Shown here piece by piece: positions 11,354 through 24,480 of a stretch of 64,000 nucleotides of DNA. The DNA is from Vicugna vicugna. Taxonomy: Eukaryota. The notes below the pieces were generated by a model. The model was not told the DNA's origin. It saw nothing but the letters and a program-made list of their open reading frames with translations, and did not search any database. Numbering within the stretch: position 1 is the stretch's first letter; each line of letters starts with the position of its first letter. The stretch spans positions 1,116,001-1,180,000 of the forward strand of contig MU058636.1 in assembly GCA_013265495.1 (NCBI GenBank), in the 5' to 3' direction. Both the position numbers and the translations under genes were made by a program.

Positions 11354-12048
11354 CTTTCTTTTTTTTTTGGTTAATTTTTTTAAAAATTGAAGAGCAACTG
11401 AGTATTTATAATATTGTGTTATAGTTTCTGGTGTACAGCCTAGTCTTTCATTTATACATATTCTTTTTCATTGTAGGTTATTACAAGGTATTGTATATAG
11501 TTTCCTGTGCTGTACAGGAGGACCTTGCTGTTTATCTATTTTATATATTGTAGCTAGCATCTGCAAACCCCAAACTCCTGATTTATCCCTCCCCCCCTTT
11601 CCACTTTGGAAACCTTAAGTTTGTTGTCTATGTCTGTGAGTCTCTTTCTGTTTTGTAAATAAGTTCATTTGTCTCATTTTTTTAGATTCCACATATAAGT
11701 AATATCATATAGTATTTGTCTTTCTCTGTCTGACTTACTTCACTTAGTATGACAATCTCTAGGACCATCCATGTTGCTGCAAATAGCATTATTTTATTCT
11801 TTTTTATGGCTGAGTAGTATTCCATTGTATAAATATACCACAACTTCTTTATCCAGTCATCTGTCGATGGGCGTTTAGGTTGCTTCCATGTCTTGGCTGT
11901 TGTAACTAGTGCTGCTGTGAACACTGGGGTGCAGGTGTCTTTTCGAATTAAAATTTTCTCTGGATACAGGCCCAGGAGTGGGATTGCTAGGTTATACGAT
12001 AAGGTTATTTTTAGTTTTTAATGTCCTCCATCGTGGCTGCACCAGCTA
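11354..12048 (-). mobile_element. 5'-truncated young L1 with an ORF2 C-terminal fragment
   Basis: ORF 11682-11924(-), MFTAALVTTAKTWKQPKRPSTDDWIKKLWYIYTMEYYSAIKKN...LSEVSQTEKDKY, is the L1 ORF2p C-terminus. T-rich tail at 11354-11381. Confidence 0.95.
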
Positions 12049-14967
12049 TGGTCAGCGGGCGGTCTGTGGACCACAGTCACGTGGCTGGCTCACAGCAAAG
12101 CTGGGGTACTTGGGGGTCATCCCTGCCTTTTACTCTGTCTGCTGGTAGTTAATTCCGGGATGTTTTGAGTGTAATAATCTTTAAAGAAAGACTGAATATA
12201 AGGAATATTAGGCAGGCTCGGATGGAGATCCAAATAAAGATTCATAGTATCAATCTTTCTGAGCTCTAAAACGAGCCCCAGAATTTGAGAACAAATGTCA
12301 CTCAGGATTGAACTTATGTAAAAGGAGGCAGAAAGCTCAAATTAGGAACATAGGTCGTGGGCGGGGGCGGGTTCCTTCATTCCTTCACTGCTTCCCCAGC
12401 CTCCTTTGTGCACTGCAGAGCCATCACCTGCCAGGTGCGTGCTGGGGGCTGGGTCTGGCGGGGAAGGTGGAGGTGAGGATGGATAATTTAAGTATGCGTG
12501 GGGTGTGCTCTGCTCCCGGTGACAGGAGGTGCCCTGAGAGGGCAGAGAGGGCGCCAGCACTCAGTCATTATTTTCAAATAAATAAAGTCAGCTGGAGATT
12601 CAGGACGGCTCCTCGGAGCTCTGGCACCTGGGGGTAGGCCTTTCCAGGGGGCAGGAGGAGAAGTGAGAACTGTGCTCTATGCAGGGGGCGGAACACACAG
12701 AGGCTGCAAATGGAAGCATGTTGGGGGCTTAGGTCAGTGTTTGGAGGCTGGGATGCAGGAAGGGGGTGGGGTTACGAGGCTGGACAGGTAGGTGGAGGCC
12801 GGAACAAGAAAGGCTGCAACACCACTGAAGACCCTTGGGTGCTCAGGCTGAGCCTGCCGACTGGCGGGGTGGGGTATCTCTCCTGCTCTGTTCTGCACCT
12901 GAACGTCCCCATGCGAGGATCAACACTTAGTGTGTGTGCACACAGGGTGGGAAGAGGGTTACGGGTCCAGAATCCTATGACTGTTTTAGCATTGTTTTAC
13001 TATCCTGACAATTAAATGTTCCTAAGTAAAGGCTGGCAGGTTGAGAGCATCCCACTGCAGGGGAACCACGACATGGCCACACGCATCTAGTACACCCGCT
13101 GCGTCAGCCCGCACCGTCGTGTTTAGATGGTATTCGGAGGGACGGAAACGGGTCTTTCAGCATAGTCATTGCGTAAGTTTCATTCTTTTAAAACATGCTT
13201 GTGGACCTCCAGAACATTTCCCCTTGCTTTAGATAACTCTTTTTCTTTAACAAATCAACGTACATGCTTAGAAACCACTCTAAATGGAAGCTTCCGCCAA
13301 ATTCACTGCAAACCCTGACGACAGCACTGGGCCCAGGGTGAAGTGTGTCCCCACGCAGGGCACACGAAGTTCGCTGGGCCTGGAAGCTACTGCCGCTCCC
13401 TAAAAGTCTCCTTTCCTATCTCAGAGCAATTTAGGTCCCAGGGAGAACGCTATTAATCACCACCTAATTGCTCCTCGGGCTGGGCGTGCAGGGGGCTGCC
13501 TGACACGGCCTGTGTTTACCTGGCGTTGCAGGCAAGTCAAGGCATGTGTGCTCATTTATAGCACGGGCTGCAGGGGCCTATTTATGCCACAGAACAAGGG
13601 TCCCACTGGGACGGAGCGAACCCCAGGGAAGGAGTTCCGTGCACAAGGACGATGACAGCTAGTGGGCTGTTGGTGGCTCTGCAGAGTCCCCCACCCCATT
13701 TTGTCCTCCTGCCTCGTCCCATGAACTTGTTCCACTGTGAGCCCTGGGGGTGGGGGTGTGGGCAAAACCAGGAAGAGCAGCCCATCCCCAAACCACGGTG
13801 AACTGGGGGCACCAACACTCGGAGAAACAGTCTCCCTGAGTTAGCAGAGATCCCAGCTGGGTTTGGTGCAGTGAGGACCGCGGAACATTCTCGAGCATCA
13901 CCAGCAACACTGGGGGGGTGTGCCCGGGGCCTCCGGCCCCTCTGTCGGCTCCAACTGTGCTGTGGCCGGCACTGTATTCCTTGACCTAGGAATGCTGCCT
14001 TTCCATTTTTGTATCTGTATTTGCAAGTTTGACAACTGTCAAAACAAACAAACAAAAAAACCCCAAAGAGAAGTATATTTTTGAGAGAGGAAAAAAGGAA
14101 TAATGGCAGAGAGAGAACTGACTTACTACATTTTCAGTTTGGGCTTTAAACACAGTATTAAACTCCACCACTCCTTTCATCATGTCCTGTGCTGGGACCA
14201 GGAGACAACCTGCTCACCACCGGTGATGCTTCCACACTCGGCATCTTGTGAAATGTCACGTGTCAGCAAAGAGCTGCCCCCAGTCCAGGTCGGGAGAACT
14301 AAGGGGTCATTAGCTTCCATTTTTTCAAAGAGACTGGAACTTCTGCTTAGTTTATGACATTCATAAACGAATGGATGTATCTTTAAAAGCAGAATTAAGA
14401 AGACATTTAAAAGTGGTGGGTTTTCCACTTCTTGTAAAATATGGGCAGTATTTTGGCATTTCTAGTGTGGTTCTGTTAGGAAAAAGGAATGTGTCCTTGG
14501 GTCCCCTCCAGTGAGAACAGGTCTCTTCTTGCAGGTGGGCAAGTTCTAGGCACATCCAGGCTGTCAGCCATGGCCTGTCCCCCACCCCTCCCCACTGATG
14601 GATGAAGCGTTGTCAGCTGGGTTAAACACTTCAGGACATGAGCAGTTCTCTTTGTCAGTTTCTCTGCTTTACCTGATTACGAACTCTTTCTTCTCTAAAT
14701 TTCACTTTCCGTAATAATCAGGCGGGGGATTTGATCGTTCATCACTCGCTCCCTCTGCAATAACTTGTATCTTGCAGCATGGGATACAGGCAACGAGGCC
14801 CAGGAAACCGTGTGATCGGCGCTCTAACCATCATGGGGATGCTTGAAGCCACATTTTTAAAAAGCACAGGAGGTGGGGGGAGCATTTAGACCTAGAGCAT
14901 CCTCATATTTTCTTTGGCAAATAAGCAGAGTGTGTTTCCTTCCTTAATAGCTATTCTTGAATGAGAG

Positions 14968-15825
14968 TATGAGATGACAGAAAATATATATTGGTCTCAG
15001 TTCCTGGCACAGAGCCCCGAAAACCCTCATAGTTTCCTTAGTGATCAGAGCACAAGAAGCATCTCTTGTTCTAACGTTAGTGTTTGACCTTGGTTCTTGA
15101 CACAGGCTCCTGAAACCCTTCTAATCTCCTGGGGGACAGAAGTATCTTTTGTTCCAATGAGACAGCTCTGGGTGGACTCTTGGTTGGGGGCTGGTCACCT
15201 GAAGGACCGAGCCAAGATGGGAAGCTTGGGGTTTTCAGCCCTGCCCCACTTCTCTTGAGAAGGGAGAAAGGCTGCGAGTGGAGTTACTGATGATCCCACC
15301 CACATGCTGAGGCCTCCATCGAATTCCAGAAGTGCAGGATGCGGAGCGCTCCCGGTGCGCACACGTGGAGATCCGGGCACAGCGACCGCTAGGAGAGGGC
15401 GTGGACGCGCTGTACCCCTTCCCCCGCCGAGTCCTCTGCATCTCTTCCATCTGGCTGGTCCTGAGTTACATCCTTTAATAATAAACCAGTGTCCTAGTGA
15501 GTGAAATATTTCCTCAGTTCTGGGAGCCACTCAAGCAAATTAGTCAAACCCGAGGAGGAGCGGGGTCGTGGGAATCCCTGAGTTATGGCCAGATGGTCGG
15601 AAACACAGGTGACAACCTGGGCTTGGGACTGCTGTCTGAAGGGTGCAGGGGGCGGTCCTGGAGGACCGAGCCCTTCACCTGTGGACCTGATGCCATCCTT
15701 GGGTCCATGCTGTCAGAATTCAGTGGAATCCTTGGACTCCCTGCTGGCATCTCCAAATTGCGTGCTGGTGTGGGAAACACCCTCTCCCTCCCTCCCCCAC
15801 ACACGCTGGAGTTTGGGTGCAGTAC
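14968..15825 (+). mobile_element. Solo LTR, MER21-like
   Basis: Starts tatgagatgacagaaaatatatattggtctc...ttcctggcacagagc, like the recalled MER21 5' end. Internal duplicated module (about 15001-15075 and 15094-15158); AATAAA at 15480-15485. Confidence 0.75.
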
Positions 15826-15869
15826 CGACTTTACAGAGGGCTTCTTAGGTTCTAGGTCCTCTTCTTCCA

Positions 15870-16000
15870 TGATTTTGTCTTAAGCATCACAGCAACGCTC
15901 CAAGGAGCTATGACCCTGATTTTTACAGCAGAGAAACTTGAGGCTTGAGATACCACGTAAGCTGCTCAGGGTCTTGTGCGTCTAACTGATGTCGAGGTGC
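15870..16000 (-). mobile_element. MIR fragment
   Basis: tttttacagcagagaaacttgaggcttgaga...aagctgctcagggtc, antisense MIR core. Confidence 0.5.
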
Positions 16001-17509
16001 GCATCCTCCCCACCTCAGTATCCAGTGTCCCCCTGGCTGCTGTCTGTTTCGGGGCTTGTGGGGCTGCGGGCTGGGCTCCCTCTCCTGCCCCGCCGCCCCT
16101 CCCAATCCCACCTAAACAGACGAGCCGCTGCTGACTCGCCTTCCTTGGTCTCTTACTGGTCTCTGGCTTCTCACTTCAACTCCTTCCTTCCCAGCCACCT
16201 TAGAAGCCTCCTGAAGGCAGACACCCTTTGTGTCTGAGAACCGCGGGGCAGGCTTGACAGTCGAGAGATGCCGGTCCTGCTAACGCTCCCGACCCCGTGG
16301 TTGTCGGCACACCACGCGCTCCTGAGGCGAATCCTCGCATTTATCGACATCCCCCTCCTTGCTGTTTTAAAAGCTGCTTCAGCACCTTCCTGAGGTTCTG
16401 CGTCCTCTTTCTGGAGACCTTATTGGCGAGTGCTGTTCTCAGGTGGGTCCTCATGAAGAATCAGAAGCGTAACCCTTTCATCTGCCCGCTTCCTGGGCAG
16501 GTGAACGGGTACCTTCAGCATCGTCCTGGAGACGCGGTGGCAGGAGACTTGCAAAGAGACTGAGGGATGTGCGTCCTTGGGAGTCCAGCTTGGCGCCTTC
16601 TGCTCTCACAGTTCTTAACCACCAAGGAGTAACTTCCCGACAAGGCAGTGAGTCTGCCCTGGGACCCCTCCCCATTCTTAGCCTCCAGGAAGACGACCAC
16701 TGGGTCACCATCAAGGATTCACGAACAGCCAGCCAGGATCTTGCTCCCACTGGGAGCCAGGTCTCAAGGTTTTCTCAGAGAGGGCGTGTGGGGCTGCAGG
16801 GCAAATGCACACCACTGAGGTCTTGATGAGAAACAGCAACGACAAAACGGAGCCCGGAAGAGCGTGCGACCCCCCGTCTACCAAGCGTACCCTGGCCTTT
16901 CTCCCATGGCAGTCTTGGACATCTGGGAAGTTTTAATCATGTCCATCCCTTCACTGCAGAATTCACCGGCACCGCGCGGGGGCAGAACCCCACCAGCCCT
17001 GGGAGAGCCTTCGGGGCAGCTGAGTGGCCAGTGGAGAGGGGGCTCCCTGTGTCTCCCAGACCCCGCGCCGTCCAGGGCTGCACTGTCAGGCTGGGTCAAA
17101 AAACGAAAGAAAGATGTGGACACCACACCCACCCTGGTGGGGTTGCTAAGGACATCACCAGACAGAGGCTGGAAGTGAGGGCTTGTCATTTCTTTCAGGG
17201 ATCATCACCCCTGTTACCCCAGGATTCAAGCCCACGGCTCCCAGCAGCAGAGCCTGGGGCACGGGGCCCCTGGTGTCCACCAAAGAGCCAGCCCTCCCCA
17301 CCCTGCCCTGGGTGGCCTCCAAGGGGAGCTTCGAGCCAGGCCAGGATACACAAACACTGATGAGCATCTGGACAGCGGTGTCAGAGCATTGGTCCAGCCC
17401 CAGACAGGAGCATAATCCAGACGCAGGAGCTGCTCCCTCGGAGCAGCCAGGGGCAAAGGAGCTGGAAGACAGGCCAGAGGCATGGGCGGGGTCACGACCC
17501 AGCCCCGAC

Positions 17510-18785
17510 CTTCTGCTAGGCTGTCTGTCCACCCCAAACAACAGAAATGGACTGTCTCAGTTCCGCAAGCTAGAAGTCCAAGATCACGGTGCCAGCAGGG
17601 CCTCGCTCCCTCTGGAGGATTTGGGGAAGGACCTGGTCCTGGCTCCCAGCAGTCCCTTGGCATGTGAGCAAACTCCAGTCTTCACATGGTTTTACCCCTG
17701 AGTGCGTGTCTGTGCCCAAATTTCCCTTTTATAATGCTCAGTGTCACTAATTATCAGAGAAATGCAAATCAGAACTACAAGGAGGTATCACCTCACTCCA
17801 GTCAGAATGGCCATCGTTAAAAAGTCCACAAACAATAAATGCTGGAGAGGGTGTGGAGAAAAGGGAGTCCTCCTACACCGTTGGTGGGAATGCAGTTTGG
17901 TGCAGCTGCTGTGGAAAACTGTATGGAGATTCCTTAAAAAACGAAAAATAGACTTATCACATGATCCTGGGCATATACCCAGAAAAGATAAAAACTCGAA
18001 TTTGAAAAGATATACACACCCTAATGTTCACAGAAGCACTATTTACAACAGCCAAGACACAGAAGCAAACTAAATGTCCACTGACAGATGACTGAATAAA
18101 GAAGCTGTGGTACATATGTATACAATAACATATATATAATGGAATACTACTCAGCCATAAATAAAGAATGAAAGAATGCCATTTGGAGCAACATGGATGG
18201 ACCTGGAGACTGTCATTCTCAGTGAAGTAAGTCAGAAAGAGAAGGAAAAATACCATATGATACCACTTTTATGTAGAAGCTAAAACAATGACACAAGCGA
18301 ACTTATTTACATAACAGAAGCAGATTTACAGATATAGAAAACAAACTTCTAGTTGCCCAGGGGAGAAAAGGGGGTGGGGATAAATTGGGGTTTTGGGATT
18401 TGCAGATACAAACTACTACATATAAAATAGATAAACAACAAGGTCCTACTGTAGAGCACAGGAAATTGTATTCAGTATCTTGCAATAGCCTGTAATGAAA
18501 AAGAATATGAAAAGGAATATATGTATGTGTAACTGAATCACTATGCTGTGCACCAGAAACTAACCCAACATTGTAAACCGACTATCCCTCAAAAAAAAAA
18601 ACCCCAAAAACAAAACCCTCAAGTTTCCCTTTTGTAAAGACACCAGCCATACCCTAGTCCGATGTGACCTCATCCTAATTAATAACCCTATTTTCAGATA
18701 AGTTCCCACGCTGAGGGACTTCGGGCTGCAATTCCAACATATGAAGCTTGACACGTATGGAAAGGACACAATTTAGACCATAACA
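17510..18785 (-). mobile_element. MaLR MLT1-type solo LTR split by an L1 insertion
   Basis: aaacaacagaaat...tctcagttc...gctagaagtccaagatca (17527-17590) and gacctcatcctaattaa...ggacacaatttagaccataaca (ends 18785). Confidence 0.75.
17735..18619 (+). mobile_element. 5'-truncated young L1 (ORF2 Cys-rich region, 3' UTR, A-rich tail)
   Basis: ORF 17741-18073 carries [23 protein letters not shown]...[18 protein letters not shown] (ORF2p CCHC motif). TSD caaatttcccttttataa (17717-17734) versus caagtttcccttttgtaa (18620-18637), 16/18 identical. Confidence 0.95.
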
Positions 18786-19599
18786 AAGCCCACCTTCTGG
18801 AGAGAAAAATATGTGAGTCAAAAGGTGTGAGGATCAGCCACAAATTAGGGGTGGGGGCGCGAAATGGGTCAGAGGAGATGGTTCAGGAATAAGGTCAGCT
18901 TTCCAGAGAGGATCGTAGGACCACTGCTCTGCAAGGCAGTGGGAGATTTCAAAGAGGCAGCAAAGGGTGGAGTGCAGTCCTGGAGGCCTGGGTGCCGGTC
19001 TGGGTGCACTGAATGATCTGATCCTGACGTGTTCCTACTGTTCAAGGTCATTTAAGGCACATTTCCTAAGCACCACGTGCTAGGAGCTGGGTACACTGGG
19101 TACACTGTTGCTGCTGTTCATGGTTTACGTTAATGGCAACACCTTATAGAGCTGAAAAACAGTTACATTACTTTTCTAACCAGACTTTCATTAGTCTTGA
19201 GCTAGACAACTAAAAAAGCAGTGAAACCAGCAGGTGGGTGCTAAAATTGCAGAACAAAGTTGTGAGGTGTCGGCTTTCTGTTGGTTTCCAAACAAACAGT
19301 AAGTTGGCTGATGGGAAGAAAGCAGTGTGTTGTGGGGGTGCATAGAGATAGGAATGCGGCTTGCGAGTTCACCTCCACATGTCCTGTTTCCTGTAATGTC
19401 CCCTTTATTAGGCTCTGCAGATGCCAGGTGGTCGCAAGTATGTCTTGCTTGGGATCCAAGACAGGGCCTCTCTGCTTCCCAAATTTGCAGCATTAACCTG
19501 CAGTCGTTCATATAATGTAGTCCCTTAATAACAGGTTCAACTGAACACAGTGCGTCTTGTTGGGATCTGGGAGCTAGACACGCCTGTCACCTGTCTGCC

Positions 19600-19765
19600 A
19601 CCACTGCCCCGGGGCCAGCTGTTCAGGAGGTTGGGCCTGCTGTTTCTTGTTGGCAAAACGGGAATAATAAAAATTTTCTAGAATGATGAGGAGGATTGGA
19701 CACGAGAACACGTTAAAAGCCCTTAGTCCAATCTAGACACACAGCAGGTGTTTATAAAAACGTTT
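19600..19765 (+). mobile_element. MIR fragment
   Basis: ctgtttcttgttggcaaaacgggaataataa...gaggaggatt...aaaagcccttag...gacacacagcaggtgttt. Confidence 0.5.
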
Positions 19766-19999
19766 CCTGGGCTTGCACGAACAGACACATCTATCCCCGA
19801 TGTGGTTTCATGAGTTTTGAGGAGACAGTGCTGGGACATGGGGAGGCAGCCTGGGCGGGGAGATCGGCCAAGACAGGGACAGACTCGGGGACGCGGAGGC
19901 CCGGGAGCCTGGGGGTGAGGTCAGCGCTGGGAACGTCAGATCCACGTCTGTGCGAGGCCAGGAACGCAGGGAGGCTGTGCTGGCATGTGCAGCTACTTT

Positions 20000-20592
20000 C
20001 GCAATACCTCCGAGTCCATCCTTTTCTCTCACTCCCACTGCTGCTGTCCGAGATTGGGACACCTGGGCTCCTTCAGGGGCCTCCTAACTCACCTCCCTGT
20101 CCCCTCTCCTGTCTGCCCCTCTGCCCCTCCACTCTGAGTGACAAAGATCCATATAGATGCAAATCCCATGACACCCACCTGGGCTGAAAGCCCACATGAC
20201 TGTTAGTTGCCTTTGGTATAAAGTCACATTTCCTCCCATGGTTCACAATCCCTGCTGGATCTAGCCCTTGTATCCTCCGGCCAGCCTGCTGCCCTGCTGA
20301 CAACTAGGCCGAAGAAACTCGGTTCCTCCACCTTACCACGTTTCTTGTGGTCTCTGGGCCTTTGAACATTCTGTTTCCTAAGCTTAGAACATTCCTAGCC
20401 TTGTCCTCTTTTGTGATCTTTATTCATCAGATTCCTGATATATATATATATATATGTTTCTTCCTCCAGGAAGCCCTCCTTGCCTACTGCCGAGCCTAAG
20501 ACTGAGTTGATTCCATGTTAATCCCTAAATTGCTTGGAGGCACCTCAACAGTCAATGGCTTACAATGACACTCAGGAAATATTTGTTGACCA
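20000..20592 (+). mobile_element. L2 remnant containing an (AT)9 microsatellite at 20438-20455
   Basis: cctcctaactcacctccctg...tctctgggcctttgaacattctgtttcc...ttcctccaggaagccctcc...aaatatttgttga. Confidence 0.6.
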
Positions 20593-20675
20593 GACAGATC
20601 TACCTTGCAGGTGAGCTGCAGGCTCAGTTGGCAGGTAATTAAGATAATTCAGTGGCAGCTCTTTTAGGTGTTTTC

Positions 20676-21109
20676 TGTCTATGCCAGTCAGGGTTCCAGC
20701 AGGAAACATATGGCTCAATTAGCCAGGGTCCTCCAGGAGCGTGTGACCAAAGGACTCTCTGCAAAAGTGGAGACAGGGTCAGGGCAATTCTACAAAAGAG
20801 GAGGAAGCACCTGTTTTGGGACTAAGGACCGAAGCCACCACCATCCTCATCCTGATGGGACGAGAAGAGGAGGGAGTTACAGAATCTCAGCGCTGCAGCT
20901 TGAGGAGAGGCTGCTGGGCCCTTCCGGGAGGAACACAGCTACTGCCCTTGGGGCCCTCCCTTTCCCACTGGTGCCTCCATTGGCCAAACCAATCCAATGG
21001 GCATCTGGAGGACAAGGAGCCAGGTCGATGAGGTCCCAGCCCTGGGGACTCCGAGTGGAGTGGAGAAGGGTGGTGTGTGATCTGTGGTTAGAAACAAAAT
21101 ATCCAGCTG
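20676..21109 (-). mobile_element. ERVL solo LTR, LTR33-like
   Basis: gccagtcagggttccagcaggaaaca at the left end; cccactggtgcctccattggccaaaccaatcca internally; aaatatccagc at the right end. Confidence 0.55.
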
Positions 21110-22344
21110 TCCTAATAACCTAATAACCTGTTCTTAACACCTGCCCTAAACTGTGATAGCCGTGGGTTCCACCTGCCAGTGTTAAGGCTTCTGTCCCTGG
21201 GAATGGAACCGACTGACCTGACAAACAAACAGAGATTTAAAATGTTTTCACTGAATTGAAAAAAATTTAAGACTAATTTCTTAAACTTAGTTTTATCTAG
21301 ACTCAGGGCTTTATTTGTAATCTAATCAAATTAGCTTTTAAATTTTAAGTTTTAAAAATCTGCTTGGAGATTTGTCCTGAACTGGGACATAACTCAGCCA
21401 CCAATCTGCAGGTGAATCTGCCCAGTGCCAAAAGGGCTGAGGTCTGAGCAAGGGCCTCTGGTCTGGACCACAGGCATCCCTTCCAGAGATGTGCAACATC
21501 TCAACAGAGACAGGAGTGACAGTCTCCTGCTGTCTGTCCATCAGTCTAGAAATTAGATGGTGAACCCAGAGACAGTTCGCAGTTCAAGGGCTACTATGTT
21601 GTCATCTGGAGGATGTCAGGGTGGAGAGAGGGCCCTTCCCGCCTGAATAGACACACGCTTCTTAACTCGTGAATCCACAAATAGCCTCCTGTCGGCTGTA
21701 CCCGGTGTGGTGCGATAATTCAGGAGTCAGACACTGCGTGAAAGCTCCTGTGTATGCTAAGCACTTCAACACCATCTGCTTTTGTCTGGATTTAGGTGCT
21801 GCGCTTTTTGGCTCAGGGTGCCTGCCAGTGGAGGCTGCAGAGCCCAGAGGCAAGTCCGGCCTCGTTCCCCCTTTGTTGTCCTCCCACCCAAGCTCTCGTG
21901 GCCACACGTTTGTGTCATGCAGTCCCTGATATTTCAAGACTGCTTTGGGGAGCAAAGCTGGGGAAGCAGAAGGAGGGGGAAAAAGAGGGTTCTATCTGAG
22001 CGCTCTCAAGGGGGCCAGCCGCTGAGTGGCTGGTGCGGAGTGGAAGTCAGCACCCTGGACAGCAGCTGTGGTCACATGCATAAGTCTGGAGCAAGGCGGG
22101 GTCAGGACACGGAGCTCAGTGTCCCCAGTTGATGGCGCCCCAGCTAAGCTACACAGAGGCAAATGCAGGAGCCCGAGGGATGGGGGGTCTGTCCTCAGAA
22201 CTCACAGAGGTGCCGTGGGGAGAGCAAGCCCCAGGGAACTTATAGGCAGTGCCTCCTGGAAAGGCCCCAAGTCTGAAAGGCAGGACATCATTTAACCCAT
22301 TCAACTGGCACACAACAAAACGGCAAACGGGAGGAGGTGACATG

Positions 22345-22563
22345 GCTCTGGAGTCATGGAGACTGGACTCCAATCCCACTTCTACATTGAGCAGCTGTGA
22401 CCAACTCCAGTTAGGGTCCTCCCTGAACCTCTGTTTCTTCCTCTGTGAGATAGAGGATAAGAGTGCCGGTCTCGAGAGGTTCTGGTGAGGGCAGAGGGTG
22501 ATGTGTTCAAGGACCCCCCACACAGTGGGCTCTCAGTAACTGCTGGCAGTCACCAGTATTACT
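22345..22563 (+). mobile_element. MIR fragment
   Basis: gctctggagtca...aatcccacttctac...agctgtgacc...ctctgtttcttcctctgtgagatagaggataa. Confidence 0.6.
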
Positions 22564-23799
22564 GTAGGAGGAGTGAATTGGTTAGGGTAGGTCTTCCAGA
22601 ATCCATGCTGACACAAGAAGGAAGGCGTAAATGCTGCCAGCCATGTGTTCTGCAGGCATTTATTATTAAGCATTGCTGTGTCTAGGGGCTGAGAGCACAA
22701 ACATGACCAAGCCCAGGGCTTCCCAGGAGAAGCTCCAAGGCAGGTGGAGGGTCCTGGAGTGTTTAGATACCCCCTCCTGGCTCCTCCCTCTCCCCAAAGT
22801 CAAGCAGTGTCTACAGAGACGGAAAGAAGGTGGCTCTGAATAGTTAAGCAAATAAATAAACAATGCACCCAATTACAGATGGTCTTAATTATATGAGCCT
22901 GTCTGGCCGCCAGACACTCAAGTCAAACAGAGAAAATGTAATTTCCTTTAAGCACCTTCCCCGAGGTGGGCAATCTCGGCATCCCTCCAGGAAGCTCGTC
23001 CAGGTCTCACGGGGCTGCCGCTGCCAATGCAGCCGGCGGTCTGGTCACCCCTAGGTCTCAGGAAAGTGCTGACACTAGGGCAGGAGGCTTTTGGAAAGGC
23101 CTTCTGTGGGCCTGGGATGTCACCATGTTGAGGCTGGCTTGGTAGGGCCTGAACAGAACTTGCCCGTCTGCCAATAACACGCAGAGAGCCCGGGGTTTGC
23201 AGGCCTGTGAGTATAGCAGATGGTGGTGTCCTGGGCGTGGAAACTGCCTCGAACAAGCTCTTAGGAGAAGGAACCACACTCTCCAGTTTCTCTGAGACCA
23301 GCCAACACAGCACTGCCCTGAGATGTGGGCAGGAGGCTCCTGCTGTGGGACCCTGCTTCAGGGAGCCCCGCCTGCCCCGAACATGCAGAAAATCAGCTCC
23401 TCAAAGAACACAGGCCCCTCTGCCACTCAGGCCCTAGGGGGCCCTTGTTCCTCAGGGCCTCAGACTCTGTGCAGACTCACAGGAGCTGCATGGTGACACC
23501 AGCGAAGGATGCTTCCTCAGAATACAGGCAGGGTTTGAGCTATGGAAGCTTCCAGATAGGAGAAAGGCAAATTAATTAACCTGTCAGAGCCTTCCTCTCA
23601 GCGTAAGATGCAGTCGATTTCTGCACAGCAAGGCCTCCTTTCCCAGGAGGGCTGCCGCCGTTTCCGTGTTTCTGTGCACAAGGCTGGGGAGCCCTTTCCC
23701 GGGCAGACGTGCAGGTGGAAACCTAACACATGCCAGACAGTGACGCGGAGCCTCAACCTTGGCGACTCACTGGGCACGGAATGCAGGAACAGTAAATGA

Positions 23800-24480
23800 T
23801 GCCATTTTTATAAAAATATTCGATAACATTTAATCACCTTTTCAAAAATACAGAAATTATACAGTTTTATTGAAATAATTTTGACTTTTGCTATTCATGA
23901 CTTGCAACCTATTTGTTTTTAAAGTTCCATAGAGGACTTTGTATATTTTCGTAAGAAAAAGAAGTGTCTTGAAAACACAAACCAACTTTAATTCATATTT
24001 TTGATAAGAATATATTCAATTCTATACACGCTGAATAGAACTCTATGTATTTTTTTCAATCCTTTGGATCACTGAGCATGAGTGCAAGTGGAATTGTGAC
24101 AGGTATAGAAAATGGAGCTCAAGAAATAAGAAAATCAATGGAAAAAACAGAAAAATCTCCAAAGAGGGTCTGCTTAAATTTGTTTAAAAACAGGAAACAA
24201 TGAAATTTAGCAGACCTCTGGTGAGCATGGACCACCTGAAATTTACATACAGGATACAGCCCATCCTTTATTTAACGAAAATTTGATCAAAATAATGGAA
24301 ATAGAAATAAGAAAGAAAACTACTCTAACAAAAGCAACGACTTGAACAGATCAAGTAAGACCTCTGAAATTTTATACTCTTTACTACATACAGATTCAAT
24401 TACTAATCAAACCAGCGGGAGTGTAAGTGGGCCTTCTTTCTGCTCTGGGTGGGGCCCCAGACACGTCAGGGATAGCCCTG
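23800..24480 (-). mobile_element. AT-rich decayed DNA-transposon remnant, possibly hAT-Tip100 type
   Basis: Abrupt AT-rich block in GC-rich DNA. The minus strand near 24100 reads ...SIPVT..., reminiscent of the hAT dimerisation motif. The right end gggccccagacacgtcagggatagccctg resembles Tip100-type termini. Confidence 0.3.
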
